A stretch of DNA of 64,000 bases from Octopus bimaculoides (taxonomy: Eukaryota), in the NCBI RefSeq assembly GCF_001194135.2, contig NC_068983.1:72476030-72540029 (forward strand), written 5' to 3'. A program made the translations under genes and the position numbers. Shown here one piece after another: positions 50,496 to 63,650 of this stretch; positions within the stretch are counted from its first letter, which is position 1, and each line of letters begins with the position of its first letter. The notes below the pieces were generated by a model. It saw only the letters and a program-made list of their open reading frames with translations. It did not search any database and had not been told where the DNA came from.

Positions 50496-51785
50496 CTTGC
50501 ACCTTTATATATTCTTGAGAATAAAATGTTTCTTTCTGTTTATAAAAACTTGTCTGTATGAGTATATAAGAATTATGACGCAATATGGCATCAAAATATA
50601 TACAGTCAATAGAAACAACACGAAGTGACTGAGTTAAGTGTGGTTTTATGTGAGCTTATGAAATAGGAATGTTATAAAGGAATTGGAAAAGAAATTAACT
50701 AATGTATGAAGGACAGAGAACTGCATTGTTAGGATGTATGATTAGTGCAAAAGCTTAACACCTGCCAGTTAAAGAAAAGACAGAAATATAATTTATTACA
50801 TAACTTTCACAGACATATTAATGTAACATTAACATCCTTAAAATTAATATTAAAGAAAGTAAATGTTAAAGAAACAGGAAAGACTTTAAATGAAGTAGTT
50901 GGCTTGTTATAAAGGACAAAATTTACATAAGTGAACAGTAAGAAAATAGAGAAAGGAAAAATAACAACAAAAGGAAATCAGTAAATAGATAATTAAAATA
51001 GAGACATGCTCGTTGCCTTTATTATAGGTGTTCCCCTTTAAAAAAATTCTTGACACACCCTTAAAACACTCATGACATCTCTGCAGATGATTCCAAGTCA
51101 GTGGTACTAGAACAATGAGGTACCCTTCTGTGCACCAGCTAAGGTATTAGTGAGGTGAAATGTTAACGAAATAAATAAAAAAAATCTCTCTTGTCAGTAG
51201 TCTTATACTATTAATATAGTATAAGACACAGAAAATAGAAGCAGTGAGAGAAGCTGAGGGAGATTAGTTTGAGAGACAACTTTGCTGATACTAGTGTATA
51301 ATGTGAATTTTTGATGTATTTTGGGTGAAAAATATGTTGTGAGATTGCAGAAGAGGATAGATAACAAGAGTAGATCAAAAGAAAGCATTGTATTTGATTG
51401 CAAAATGAAACCATAAAAGGTTGGAACTTATGAATGATATGAAGTAGAATAAAAATACGAAGAAATTTAGCATCAGAGACTCAAGAAATTTTGAAAACAT
51501 GAAAAAAATGTGACATAGTGGTGGTAGCATCCATGGTGATAGTGATGATGGGGATGGTGATGATGATGAGAGGAAGAGGAAGAGTGAAAATAAAAAGTGA
51601 AGCATACATAATAAAATATGAGAAAAATATCAGATTGATATATAATTCAATTGTGTAATTTTATTTTCATTATTATTTATTTAGAACATATCACTTCATT
51701 GATTGGGTAAAATTAATATAATATTCTGTTTAAAAGAAGAATGACTTTCTTTTCTTTTTCCTTTCTTTTTTATTTCCAATTTTTT

Positions 51786-51816
<31 letters not shown>

Positions 51817-53534
51817 GAACTACAGAAACCAAGTCAGTTTTCATCTCCAGCAAAACCATTCAAAGTTTCAATTGAATCAAGTTTTAAATTAAATTTGTAG
51901 CATACATACTCTTTTAGAATCAATTTAAAACAACATTGCTTTTCAGTTGACACCATTCTCAATCTATGTAACTTTACTTGATAATTTATCTATTGGTGTT
52001 AATCACAGTCTTTGACAATCAAAACAGCAGCATTCCAAATAAAAGCAAGTAGCAATTTATCTAGACAAATACTGATTGTAAGTAATTAGTCAGAGTATAA
52101 AAGAGTAGTTCAGTCTTCAGTCTATCAACTGATTCTGAGTTGCTGTAACAAAAAAAGTTAATTGCTATGATAGCAATCAAACACAGACAGATTTTAAGCA
52201 AAAGTAAAGAGATTAATGTTATCCCAACACAAAAAAGCCACACACACAATACACATGCACTCTGTGTAGCTAGGTGGCTAAGGTGCCAGACTGTAAACTC
52301 AGATTTCATGAGTTAAAATTCAATCATGTCAATGATGAGGTGCAATATTTGACATAAATTAGTGATTCAAGGTAAAAATATATACCATTTCCACTATATT
52401 GCTGAGTAATTAGTATTAAGAAGGATAACCAAATATAAAATATTCAAAGCAACAATCCACATAAATGTCTTAATATGCAGAACCATCTAATCTATCAAAC
52501 TGGTATAATAGAAAACAAATTAACTCATCCTACTTTTTGCATTGTTTTTAAAACTAGCTTTGGTTAAAACAAAAATAAAAGCAAATTTTATTCAGAAAAT
52601 ATTCAATAAATTTCTCTTTCATTTTACTTTTTAAGTTGAAATATGGAAGGTTGCATTCCTGGTATCATAAATGCACTCTCTATATACTATCAATCTATGA
52701 TTTTGAAGCTATTCTATATGTTATGATTACATTTCTTAGTCTAATTAATAAAACACTATAAATTAGCTTAAATAATGACTAGCAACTCCATAATTTTTAT
52801 ATATAACTATAAGAGACATTGCCCTCTGAACAGTCTTTTGCTGGTATATTTCATGTCTGCTTGTATGAAACTACTAAGATATTCATATCTGCCATTATGT
52901 ATACACACACACATACATACATGCATGACAATTACCAATGTAGATATAAGGCAATGTCAGCATATTGTTATATGGATGCATATTTTCCATGAAACTGTTT
53001 CCTGTATGAGTAACATCAAAGTACCTCAGAATACATGGTGGAGAAGAATGTTGTTTGTCCTGTTTTAACTTCCCCTCAAAGCAATATTGAGATTTCAATT
53101 CAAGAGGTTATCTGTAAGATTTGCAGTGTGAGCAAACATTGTCAAAGAGACACCCTGCATTATGTGGGTGTTTAACAAACAGAATAGCTTGTTCTTGAAA
53201 GTCATCAAAATTGGCACTCATTGCTAATCCTTTAAGACACTTGTTCCTAGTTTCAAAACTTTCTCATCTATTCTCCTGCTGTACATATTCGGTTTAGTCT
53301 CTCAGCATCCTTTTTGTTTATGCTGCTGTTAATGTTTGTATCTCATTACTATTTGCATGAGATATCTGTCTGCATATCCTGACCATTTGATAATTAACAC
53401 TTAGCACCTAAATATTCTCAGACTGTGAAAGCTAGCTCAATATATCATTTTGAAGTAGATTATGGTCTTCTTGACATACCCTAGCCTATCTATCATGTGC
53501 TCCAGAAACAGACTTATACTCTTCACCCCTACAT

Positions 53535-54743
53535 CAGTTGTCACCAAACTACAGCCTGCAGGCCAGATCCAGCCTGTGAGGTCAGTTCATCAGGCCTGCC
53601 GCTGACCTGTGCCTTTTGTGTAAGTACCTGCAATGAGAGTTCATTCCTGAAGTGATCATGTTTAACATGCACTGCCATATTTAAACCAGTTTGAAGAGTG
53701 CTGTATATACACCACCAGTGCCAGGATTTTCTTGAAGAAATTGATTCTGAATTCTGTGACTTGCCTTATCACACAGCTGTGGTAAAGTTCTGTTTCATTT
53801 TTATAAGCTCTGAAGAGAAATAGATATCTTTCTCACCGAAAAGGATAGAGCTGATCCACTTCTGTCAGATCCTACCTGGCTGTCAAAGTTGTTGTTTTTG
53901 ATTGACATCACATCCCACATGAATGAATTGAACTTCAAACTTCAGGGAAAAGATAACCTTATCTGTGATCTCCACAGAATTATCAAAGGATTTCAGAGAA
54001 AGTTATCATTGTTTGAAGCACAAATGGAAGGAGGAAATTTCTCTCATTTCAATTTCAAAGAGTTTTGAAGCAGATTGTTTGTGACTTAAATAAGCAATTT
54101 TTGGAGAGATTTTCAGATCTCAACAGAAATGAGAATGACATTCTTCTGTTCCAGAATTCATTTGGTTGTAACCTTGATGATGTGCCAGTCGAACTACAGT
54201 TGGAGGTCATTGATTTGCAAGCAAATGACTTGTTGAAAGAGAAGCACAGAGAAGGAAAACTTGTTGAATGTTATCACTGCTTACCTGATGATGAGTTTTC
54301 AAAGTTGAAGAAATTTGCCTCCAGTATGGTATCAGTGTTTGGAACAACTTATGTCTGTGAGCAAACATTTTCAAAAATGAAGTATGTGAAGTCAGCACAT
54401 TGAATGAGGTTGACTGATGAACATTTGAAAGCAATTCTTTTGGTTGGATGCAGCAATTCCAAAGCAAATATTGGTGATATCTTAAAAGCTAAACACCGGT
54501 TTCACAAATCTCATTAACCATTTTTGCTGCTTAGTTTGTGAGATTCAGATATGTGCGCACTGGGTGTAATATAATTACCTTATTGCTAATGTAACCTTTG
54601 ATAAAATTTTGGTAAATAAATATATTGGTTTGTCTTTATTTTTTGTGCATTCACTGCATTGTATTGAACAAAGTGGTATGCAGCCCATGCTCGTCATTCT
54701 CTCATTTATCTGGCCCACTGTGAAAAAAGTTTGGTGACCTCTG
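53535..54743 (+). mobile_element. Internally deleted hAT (Charlie/Buster/SPIN-like) transposon with dimerisation-domain remnant and 8-bp TSD
   Basis: TIRs cagttgtcaccaaact / agtttggtgacctctg. Flanks ccctacat and ccccacat (one mismatch). The ORF remnant reads ...FSKLKKFASSMVSVFGTTYVCEQTFSKMKYVKSAH*MRLTDEHLKAILL...HKSH*. Confidence 0.93.
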
Positions 54744-55379
54744 CCCCACATTTGTTTCAGTCATTTTACCCATTTTATTCAGTTGCCCTGGTTTTAGTTG
54801 CACATTTTTTTGGATGGCCCATGCTGAATTGAAAAAACTCTAATGTGGAAACATGCAACTTAGTATATATATATTGTACTATTGTATTGTGATCAATAAG
54901 CTCAACAATATCAATATATTACCTATCAGTGGAGGAATGAAGGGAGGTGTGGATGGAAAAGTGATGACAGGACCAGAAGCAAGGAGAAGTGATATCATAA
55001 CAAGAAGTGAGGTCTTCAAACGGTCACTTTCTTTGCAGGAGTTTTGAACACAACAGACAGGTTGAAGGAAATATTATAGGTAAGTAGTCCTTTCTGGCCA
55101 AGCTCAGCTAGAATGTACATATGGGTATGACTATTGAGTTTTACTGGTTCATGTGACCCTAAATTTGGATATGCTATTGCCAATTGTATCTCAAAGTAAG
55201 AGCAACTTTATTTGTACCTTACAACTATAAGCTATTTCAGTACACCATGTACCTGTTGTGAAAATAAGCTAGTTTGTTTTATCTTCTTTTGCTCCTGTCT
55301 TTTCTACTGCTGACACACAATGGCTACAAAAATTAGGATCAGTAGCAAAGTCTTGAGACCATTTGATGGGGAAGATGAT

Positions 55380-56300
55380 GTGGTGGCCTGGATATAAGAG
55401 GTGAAACTCATGGTGAAGTTTCAGAGTATTGAAGATGTAACTAGTCTTAAGCTACTTTACCATGAGGGAAGTACATTAAATCTGTGCTTGAGATGGACAA
55501 ATCAGTTATGTGAGGGAGATCAGGAGGATGGCGGGGTTAGCAGGGTTTGTTGGAGCAGCAATGTAGTAGATGGTGAGGTTGCCTTTTGTGACCAGATTCT
55601 CTGATCACATCTCAGTGCATTTGCAGTACAAATGCTGGACATCACCACAATGCTAGCAGAAGACCTGATGGGCAAAATGCAAGTGTTGACACAAAATACA
55701 CACAATGTAGTGGCAACAGTGACAGCAGATATGAGTAGGATGAAGAGGTGGGTGGCAACTAGTAACGATAGGAGCATATCAGACAGATGATAAGGGACCA
55801 TGCTATAGGTGTTTGGGTCCACACATGGTCAGGGAATGCATAGAACCAAAACCAGGGGTGATGTGTTACTGATGTGCACTGCTAGTTCTCCCCATGACTG
55901 ACTGAAGATGCACCAACATTAGTTGCTTGTAATGAGGATTCTTGTGGGGGCAAGGGAACCATGAGCCCTTGTGGATACAGGTTGCTCAATAACTCTGGTG
56001 ACTGCAAGAATGGTCAAGGGCTGAGAGGAAACACCAGCTTCAGTGCAATGGATGACAGAGAGTCAAGTGTAGGGACTTCTGTGAAGTGGAAGTATAAGGG
56101 ACGGTGAAGAAGCTGCAGGCAATTGTAGTCAATGAGGTGGTGGACAGTGCCGCCATAATGGTGGGATTATGGAACAACACCATCATACAATCCCAGTTTC
56201 CCACACATCAAGAACAGCCCTCACCTATTTATATCCTGACACTGGTCTGGGATCTCGTTTCCTCTCTGAAACAAAAGCCCACTCACTTTGGCTCTTTCAA
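55380..56300 (-). mobile_element. Highly decayed LINE relic, probably CR1/L2 group
   Basis: GC-richer block with C/A-rich minus strand. Only fragmentary LINE-like C-terminal patterns are recognisable. Confidence 0.35.
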
Positions 56301-57059
56301 GCCTAAGCCCCAGCATTGTGTCCCCTTCTATAGCTTCTGGTGCAATCATTATCTCAGATACGAGAAGAGCTCTGGGAGGATTTTGTCCTTTTCTAGTTTC
56401 TGCTTACTGCACCATTTTGCATGAGTAACTGAAATTGATCAGCGTTGACCAAATATATTTCAAGGGAGCTTAACATTTAATAAATCTATAATTATTAGTT
56501 AACAAATCTATAATCAGTTTGAAAAGTTGACAGGTATTACTGTAGGCATAAAGTTGGTCATCACCATAATTTACCATAACAGACAAAAACATGCTATCCT
56601 TTGCAAAATGTAAAGCATAATTTAAAAATTTATCTACATCATTAGACTACTTAATCTTCTAGTAATTAGATAATCTCATTTAATTATTTCTAAATCTACT
56701 CATTAATAGATTAGCATCAATTAAATCCTTCAGTAAATACATTATCAATAATCTAGATAAAATCATAACAAGATTAAGAATCATATAAATCAATAGATAA
56801 GTATACAGCAATTTAAATCTGTGGATAAATAGATTAATATAATTGCAAATCTAGAAAACAAATTGACATTTGAAAAATTTACCCTGTTCCAAAAATATTC
56901 TCTATTCTATAAAAATCATTAAACTTCTTTGTACCAAATTTTACAATTTTGCAATGAGTAACAAAACAATCTTCTAAATAAGATGCTGTGAGTACTGGAC
57001 TACTGACCATATGGTCACTAGTTCAAATCTTATAATTGTTACCTTGTTGGGGCTATGAT

Positions 57060-57560
57060 AAAGCCACATGTCTCTCTGCATTCATGGTTACAGCAGATGG
57101 GAAAAACATCAAAGAAATTAAATCAATGGTTGGACAGGCCAAGACAATTTATGGTATGATGAAACATATATTGTCAAGTAAATGGCTATCAATAAGAATG
57201 ACAAAAAGAGTTTTAAGGTCATACATAGAACTCATTGGTACATCAAAACCTCCAAAACAAGTGCAAAAGTTTATCAATGCTGCAGAGATATAATACCTGA
57301 GAATAATGCAGAAAGTATCAAACAAGAAAAATCCACCAGTAAAGTTTATCAACAGCATAATGAGACAAGTGGCTCAGTTCATTAGCCACCGTATTAAAAT
57401 AAAATCCTTTATCACTTGGGGACAACTGGGAAACTGAAATTAGGGAAGTCAGAGAGAGAAGACACTTGATGGACTTAATGGTTTAAGTAAAACCAGCCCA
57501 ATAACATGCTAAATTGTGTGGTGGGGAGAGGACATGGTGATCCCAGATCAGTAGTGCCTG
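57060..57560 (+). mobile_element. RTE-like LINE C-terminal relic
   Basis: DGKNIKEIKSMVGQAKTIYGMMKHILSSKWLSIRMTKRVLRSYIE, matching the EI..RI..AK..F..M..IL.S..LS...K.R.L..YI pattern. Confidence 0.6.
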
Positions 57561-60202
57561 GAGACATCAAACATGAACAAAGGGGTTTCTTTCTGCATGC
57601 TCCAGATTTTCAGATAGAAGATGTGCCTACTCCACAACCAAATGCTTTCAGGAAGAACATCTCATTGTGAAACAAATTACCTCAGCAAAATAGACATATT
57701 GTTCATTCAAACATAGAAAAATGAAGGTATATTCATTTTTTTGAAAAATCAAGAAATTTTCATAAATTTTCACAAATGAAATTACTTTCTACTACTCCAG
57801 AAATAAGTAATTTCTAAATTAAAATCACAATTACTATCTCATGAATACATAACATCTTTGTAGCATCAATGAAAAAAAAATCTAAAATCAGTGAATAATA
57901 AGAACAGCTGTAAAGGAACATTTGAAATCATAAATTTAAAATCACAAACCAGGTTTAAACAGCCTTGAAAATAGTTAATGCAACATTACTGACTAAGTAA
58001 AATACAACAGGTTTCAAAAGACATTTAATTAAAGTAGATAAACCTTTAAATATATCTACTTCTAATTATCAAGTGTGAAATGTACAGGGAGCTGTAAAGT
58101 TTTTGTTAAAACAAATATATGACTTTGTTTTGTGCTTTTTATTCCTTTATTTATGCCAAAATTGTTCTTGAGAGGATTGTATAATTGATAAATTGGCAAA
58201 GATAAAAAAATTGGAAATATAGACCATATCTACTTGCAAATCTTTTCAACTGCATTTCAATAAGGCCAGCTTAGTACAAGATACAGACTCGTGGTTTATC
58301 ATGTAAAATTCCTTTTCACAAATCCCCAAATCAAATTTTTAGGTGATTGTAGATTCAATTAAATTTATTCAGTATGTAACTGCCACTTATTATATATAAT
58401 TTGGAGAAATGAACAGTAAACTGTACAGTAGCAGGCTCTGAATATAGAAACATGATGTATTGCACTGGAGGTATCTAATATGGTGTTCTATTTATATTCA
58501 TTTATCCATCATGACAATAAAGAACAACACTATTAGCAGGAATGTGCAATGGCACTGTGATAAAATATAATAATTAAGACATTTTAATTCCAAATCTGAG
58601 TCCTATAGTAATTAGTGCATTCTTGGTATTTACTTTATGAGCTCAAGAAAAATGAATGACTAAAATAAGTAACCAATTTTCTAAAGGATGAAATAACAAA
58701 TCCAAGCAAAAGAGTTTAAGCATTTTCGAAATGTAGTATCAAATCAAGAAACTATTTTTATCTAACAATAAACAGCCTCTAATTATCTTTGTTATAACAC
58801 AATAAAGATAAAATTCAACTTTCAACTGATTTTTATCATAATAATAACCTTGTAACAAGATAAAAAATAAATATTTAATAATTATAATCAGTTGATGCAA
58901 AAGATTTTATTTACTTTATAGAAGCCAAGACAATGTTATTATCTTTGACTTTATCATCAGTTTCCCAAGTAATTCATTATGATGTTGCAAAGCAATGTTT
59001 ATCATTGAGTTTGAGAGCAATTCAATCAAATTCAAGCTATGAGTTGAAAGTGAATACTGGAATATCCAAAAACATTAATTTACACACTTATAATAGTTAA
59101 TTCTTCAGACTTTTAATGTCAGACAATATCAGCAGGAGAAAGGAAAGACTGAAAATATGAACTTGCATAAAAACAATATACATTATCCTGAACCTGACAT
59201 TTCTCTATGTCAAATTTAAACTGGCTTGTGTAATAAGCAATTTATCATGAAAGGAGATGAAAGAGCAGGTCACTGATGCAATTTGTTGATTGTGAAATAC
59301 TTCCAAGATTTCAAAACTAAAGAACATAAATGAAGTAATCTTCTATAATGCATCTGATGTCTGACATTATTATATATTGGAGACAAACTGACAGAAGGTG
59401 ATGTAATAGAATATTGACCTCATAGTCATTAATTAGAATAGAACTACTGCTGGTGTGTTGCACCTCTGAGTAATAGACGTATAACTTTGCTTGCTCTAGT
59501 TTGCTTAGCAAAACCAAAACAACTGGTTCTACTCCTTACTCCACAGTAGATTAGTTAGCTGTAGAAAAGGGCATACAGTTATATATATAAAAAAAAAACT
59601 TTTCTGCCAGTGAGCTGTTACATGGTTGATCAGCTTGTCAGACACAGGAGAAAAATTTTCAAATCACACCCTACCATTTCATATAAGGATATAGAAAAAA
59701 ATGGTCATACTGGAATGCCTGACCTCAAGTTGAATCACCTCTTTTACATATGACAGCACCAACAAGAGGGAGCCCCTATGAGGTAGCTCAACCTGCTAGC
59801 AATAGCAGCTACATCTCTCTCAGACTACACCCTACCATCCAGGATACAATATACACAGATAAAAAAAGATAAGGTTAAAAAAAAAAAAGATAATAAAGAT
59901 AAAAAAGATAAATCGGCTGGAATGCTTTTGACCATAGGTTTGCTCACTCAGGGTTGCCCCACCAGATAACCCATTCTAGCCAAACAAGTATTGAAAATGG
60001 ATATAAAACAAAATAAATGCAAAAAAATTTTTTCAATAATATCATAACAATAAACACAGATTGAACAAGAACTTTATTGATGTTATTTTTCATTAATACA
60101 GTCAGAAATTCAATACTGAGCCTTTGAATTGCCATGTGCCAAATTCCTGGCAATAATATCATTTAATTTCCCTTCAACTGCAGTTGCTCTTTTTTCTCCC
60201 TG

Positions 60203-60422
60203 CTTTAATATTGGTTTCACATTTTGGCACAAGGCCAGTAATTTTGATGGAGGGGTAACTTGATTACCTCAAGCCCAGTGCTCAACTGATACTTATTTTA
60301 TTGACCCCCAAAAGGATGAAAGGCAAAGTCAACCTCAACAGAATTTGAACTCAGAATATAAGGATGAACAAAATGCCACTAAGTATTTTGCTCAGTGTGC
60401 TAACGATTCTGCCAGCTCGTTA
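60203..60422 (-). mobile_element. tRNA-derived SINE, same family as 39833-40062
   Basis: ggatgaaaggcaaagtcaacctcaacagaatttgaactcagaat...gctaacgattctgccagctcg. Confidence 0.8.
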
Positions 60423-61494
60423 CCTCATCTCCCTGCTTTAATTATTAAGAACTCATTGAATAGTATCAACCTTCTCAAACTAAGGAAGCTGCTGTGACAT
60501 CACTCAACCTTCTAAAAATAACAGTCAAATCTCCCCCAAAACATATCCCACCAACTTTAAGAAAAGGAAGGACACATTAGATAATCTAGTCCTGGAAACA
60601 AAATGATTGAAAATAAAAAGACAAGATAATCACTCCTGAAACATCCCTTGTCATAGGTATGTTGGATTAGAGCTGGCCTGGAGCTAAACTACAACAACCA
60701 ATATCTTCACAGGAACAAGATAAATCAGAAATAGAATTTTCTCTTTCATTTTTTTTTTTCTTGAGTGGAATGATGAGGAAGGTAGACGTTAACTTTGTAA
60801 TGAGAAAAGGCTGTGAAAGTGATAGAGATATAAGAGGAGGTGCAATGGAAAGAAGGGAGGCAACTAAAAGACCTGAAAATAAGATCAGCTTTTAATTCTC
60901 CATATAGAAGTCTAAGCAAGATCAGAAATTAGTTAGAAATTTGATTCTTAGCTGTAGGCTACCTTACTTCATGTATCTTAATAATGTTTATGATAATGGT
61001 ATGAATGTCATGATGCTTCAAAATAATATTTCAATATTTCAGTAAGCCAACAAATATTTTGAAGTAAACATTCAGCAAACTGAATCAGCAAGCCACACTT
61101 ATGGTTATCTCATGCCAGCTATTTCATTAATGCTTTCATGACAGTTATGAATGGCCCAATATCTAATAATCTGAAGCTTTGACTATTTATAAGAATTGTA
61201 ATATTTCAGATATTCAGCTAATTTTTGAAGACATTTATTCGATTCCACACACACACACTACAGCACACAAATAAGTAGACAGGCAAATAAAAAGATGCTG
61301 GAAAATGTACCATTTCTGTCCCTAATTGGTTCAATCCTGGATTCGGCTCAGAACTATCACTTGATGATTGGTGATAGAATATGTCAGCAACATATCCAAT
61401 CCAAAATATGGAAAGAGTCCAGGATAAATGGACATTACTTGTGTCAGGAACACACACATACACAGACATATATATATATATATATATATATATA

Positions 61495-61566
61495 NNNNNN
61501 NNNNNNNNNNNNNNNNNNNNNNNNNNNNNNNNNNNNNNNNNNNNNNNNNNNNNNNNNNNNNNNNNN
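61495..61566. other. Assembly gap inside a microsatellite
   Basis: Run of N between (TA)n and (CA)n. Confidence 0.99.
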
Positions 61567-61575
61567 ACACACACA

Positions 61576-62453
61576 CGAGGTCTGATTAATAAGTATCCCG
61601 ACTGTTGCCATAGTAATGAAGCTAAAGTATGCAGAGTGAAGCTACTTAGCACAGACTAACCTTGACCTCTGCTGTGCATGTGCACTAAGTTTTAATGTTC
61701 TAGCTCACTTTCGCTATTTACAACAGTGTTTTGAAGTAATGTGTGATAATGTGTGATCATCACATTGACCATGACAGAGAAAGTTGTCATGGCGATACCT
61801 GCTCAGAGACCTACACAGAGTTGCAGAAAGTGTATGAAGAGGAGTGTATGAGCTGCACACAAGCATACAAGTGGTTCAGACGTTTCCAAGATGGTCGAAA
61901 AATGTTGAGAATGACGAATGCTCTGGGAGACCTGCAAACAGCAGAACTGAGAAAAGCATCACAGCTGTGCATGCAGCTGTGAGAGGAAATTGTTGAATCA
62001 ACATCTGTGAGTTATCAGACGATGTGAAGATTAGTTACAGTTCAGCTTAATCCATTATCACTAAAGGTTTGGGTATGAGATGCGTGTCTGCCAAGTTTGT
62101 GCCAAAACTGCTTTCAGCTGACCAAAAGGACACTCAGGTTTCAGATGATTGTGTCGAGAATGATGAAAACTTTTTGAAAACTTTGTGTAGACTTCTGAGC
62201 AGGTATCATCAAGCTTTTGACAAAATTTGATGCAGATTCTCAGCTCAACTTTCTCTGTCATAGTCAATGTGACAAACACATGCTACACATGTTACTTCCA
62301 AGCACTGCTGTAAACAGCAGAAGTGAACCAGAACATTAAAACTTAGTGCACATGCACAGCAGAATTCAAGGTCAATCTGTGCCAAGTGGTTTCACTGCAT
62401 GCTTTAGCTTCGTTACTATGGCAACTGTCCGGATACTTATTGATCAGACCACA
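61576..62453. mobile_element. Mariner derivative with two inverted 5' ends
   Basis: The left end cgaggtctgattaataagtatcccgactg... and the right end (reverse complement tgtggtctgatcaataagtatccggacag...) each lead into the transposase start: MTEKV...DTCSETYTELQKVYEEECMS on +, MTEKVELRICIKFCQKLDDTCSEVY on -. Confidence 0.85.
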
Positions 62454-62666
62454 TATGTATACATTATTTAGTCTAGGAAACAAAATGACTGAATATATAT
62501 ATATATATATATAAACAATATATGAGTATATGCACACATATGTACATGTATGTATATACGTTCATCCACATGTACATATAGATACATAACTGGGTACATG
62601 ACGTGGCAAAAGAACAAGGACAAAATGGTAAACAAGGTGCAACAAACAAGCAGGCCACATAGAAAC

Positions 62667-62741
62667 ATCCCCTTCATCAGCTGCCACCATTAAAACTCCG
62701 GCGTTTCGAAGAATTAAGGCAGTACGCATCGTTAAAATGGT
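62667..62741 (-). ncRNA. Candidate hammerhead ribozyme with non-circularly permuted strand order
   Basis: Minus strand: ACCATTTTAAC GAT GCGU A|CUGCC UUAAUU CUUC GAA ACGC CGGA GUUUUAAUGGU GGCAG CUGAUGA AGGGGAU. Stem III is GCGU/ACGC, stem I is CUGCC/GGCAG, the cleavage triplet is GUA, and both core boxes are intact. Stem II is weak. Confidence 0.6.
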
Positions 62742-62834
62742 TCTTCCCACGAACACAAATTAAATTGTTTTCGTGGAGGGTAGTGGCGGACGGAAAACAA
62801 GACGGGAAAACGAAACGGTGAAATAAACAAACAA

Positions 62835-63288
62835 NNNNNNNNNNNNNNNNNNNNNNNNNNNNNNNNNNNNNNNNNNNNNNNNNNNNNNNNNNNNNNNNNN
62901 NNNNNNNNNNNNNNNNNNNNNNNNNNNNNNNNNNNNNNNNNNNNNNNNNNNNNNNNNNNNNNNNNNNNNNNNNNNNNNNNNNNNNNNNNNNNNNNNNNNN
63001 NNNNNNNNNNNNNNNNNNNNNNNNNNNNNNNNNNNNNNNNNNNNNNNNNNNNNNNNNNNNNNNNNNNNNNNNNNNNNNNNNNNNNNNNNNNNNNNNNNNN
63101 NNNNNNNNNNNNNNNNNNNNNNNNNNNNNNNNNNNNNNNNNNNNNNNNNNNNNNNNNNNNNNNNNNNNNNNNNNNNNNNNNNNNNNNNNNNNNNNNNNNN
63201 NNNNNNNNNNNNNNNNNNNNNNNNNNNNNNNNNNNNNNNNNNNNNNNNNNNNNNNNNNNNNNNNNNNNNNNNNNNNNNNNNNNNNNNA
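62835..63288. other. Assembly gap
   Basis: Run of N. Confidence 0.99.
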
Positions 63289-63481
63289 ATACAAAGAATA
63301 TGTATGCATGTATACCCACATATATGTACATACTTACATCTACATGTGTATATAGATGCATATCAGGGTACAGGACGTTAGAACAATGAACTACAGACAA
63401 TGCAACGAACACAAAGGAAAACAGATAGCCACTTGGAATTAATCCTTCGTCAGCTGCCTCTATTCTAACTAGACGTTTCGA

Positions 63482-63483
<2 letters not shown>
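63289..63483 (-). mobile_element. Second, diverged copy of the hammerhead-bearing repeat, 5' part lost
   Basis: Minus strand CTTC GAAACGTC TAGTTAGAATAGA GGCAG CTGACGA AGG...GTGGC. The downstream cgtc.tgtaccc.g.tatg.atctata...catgt motif is shared with 62470-62665. Confidence 0.55.
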
Positions 63484-63515
<32 letters not shown>

Positions 63516-63607
63516 TGTTGGTTGGATTATACATTACGATATAATCTATGAATACATCAATGAAATTCTACCAAAACAGCTGCTGTAAATTTTAAACCCT
63601 ATTTGTA

Positions 63608-63650
<43 letters not shown>

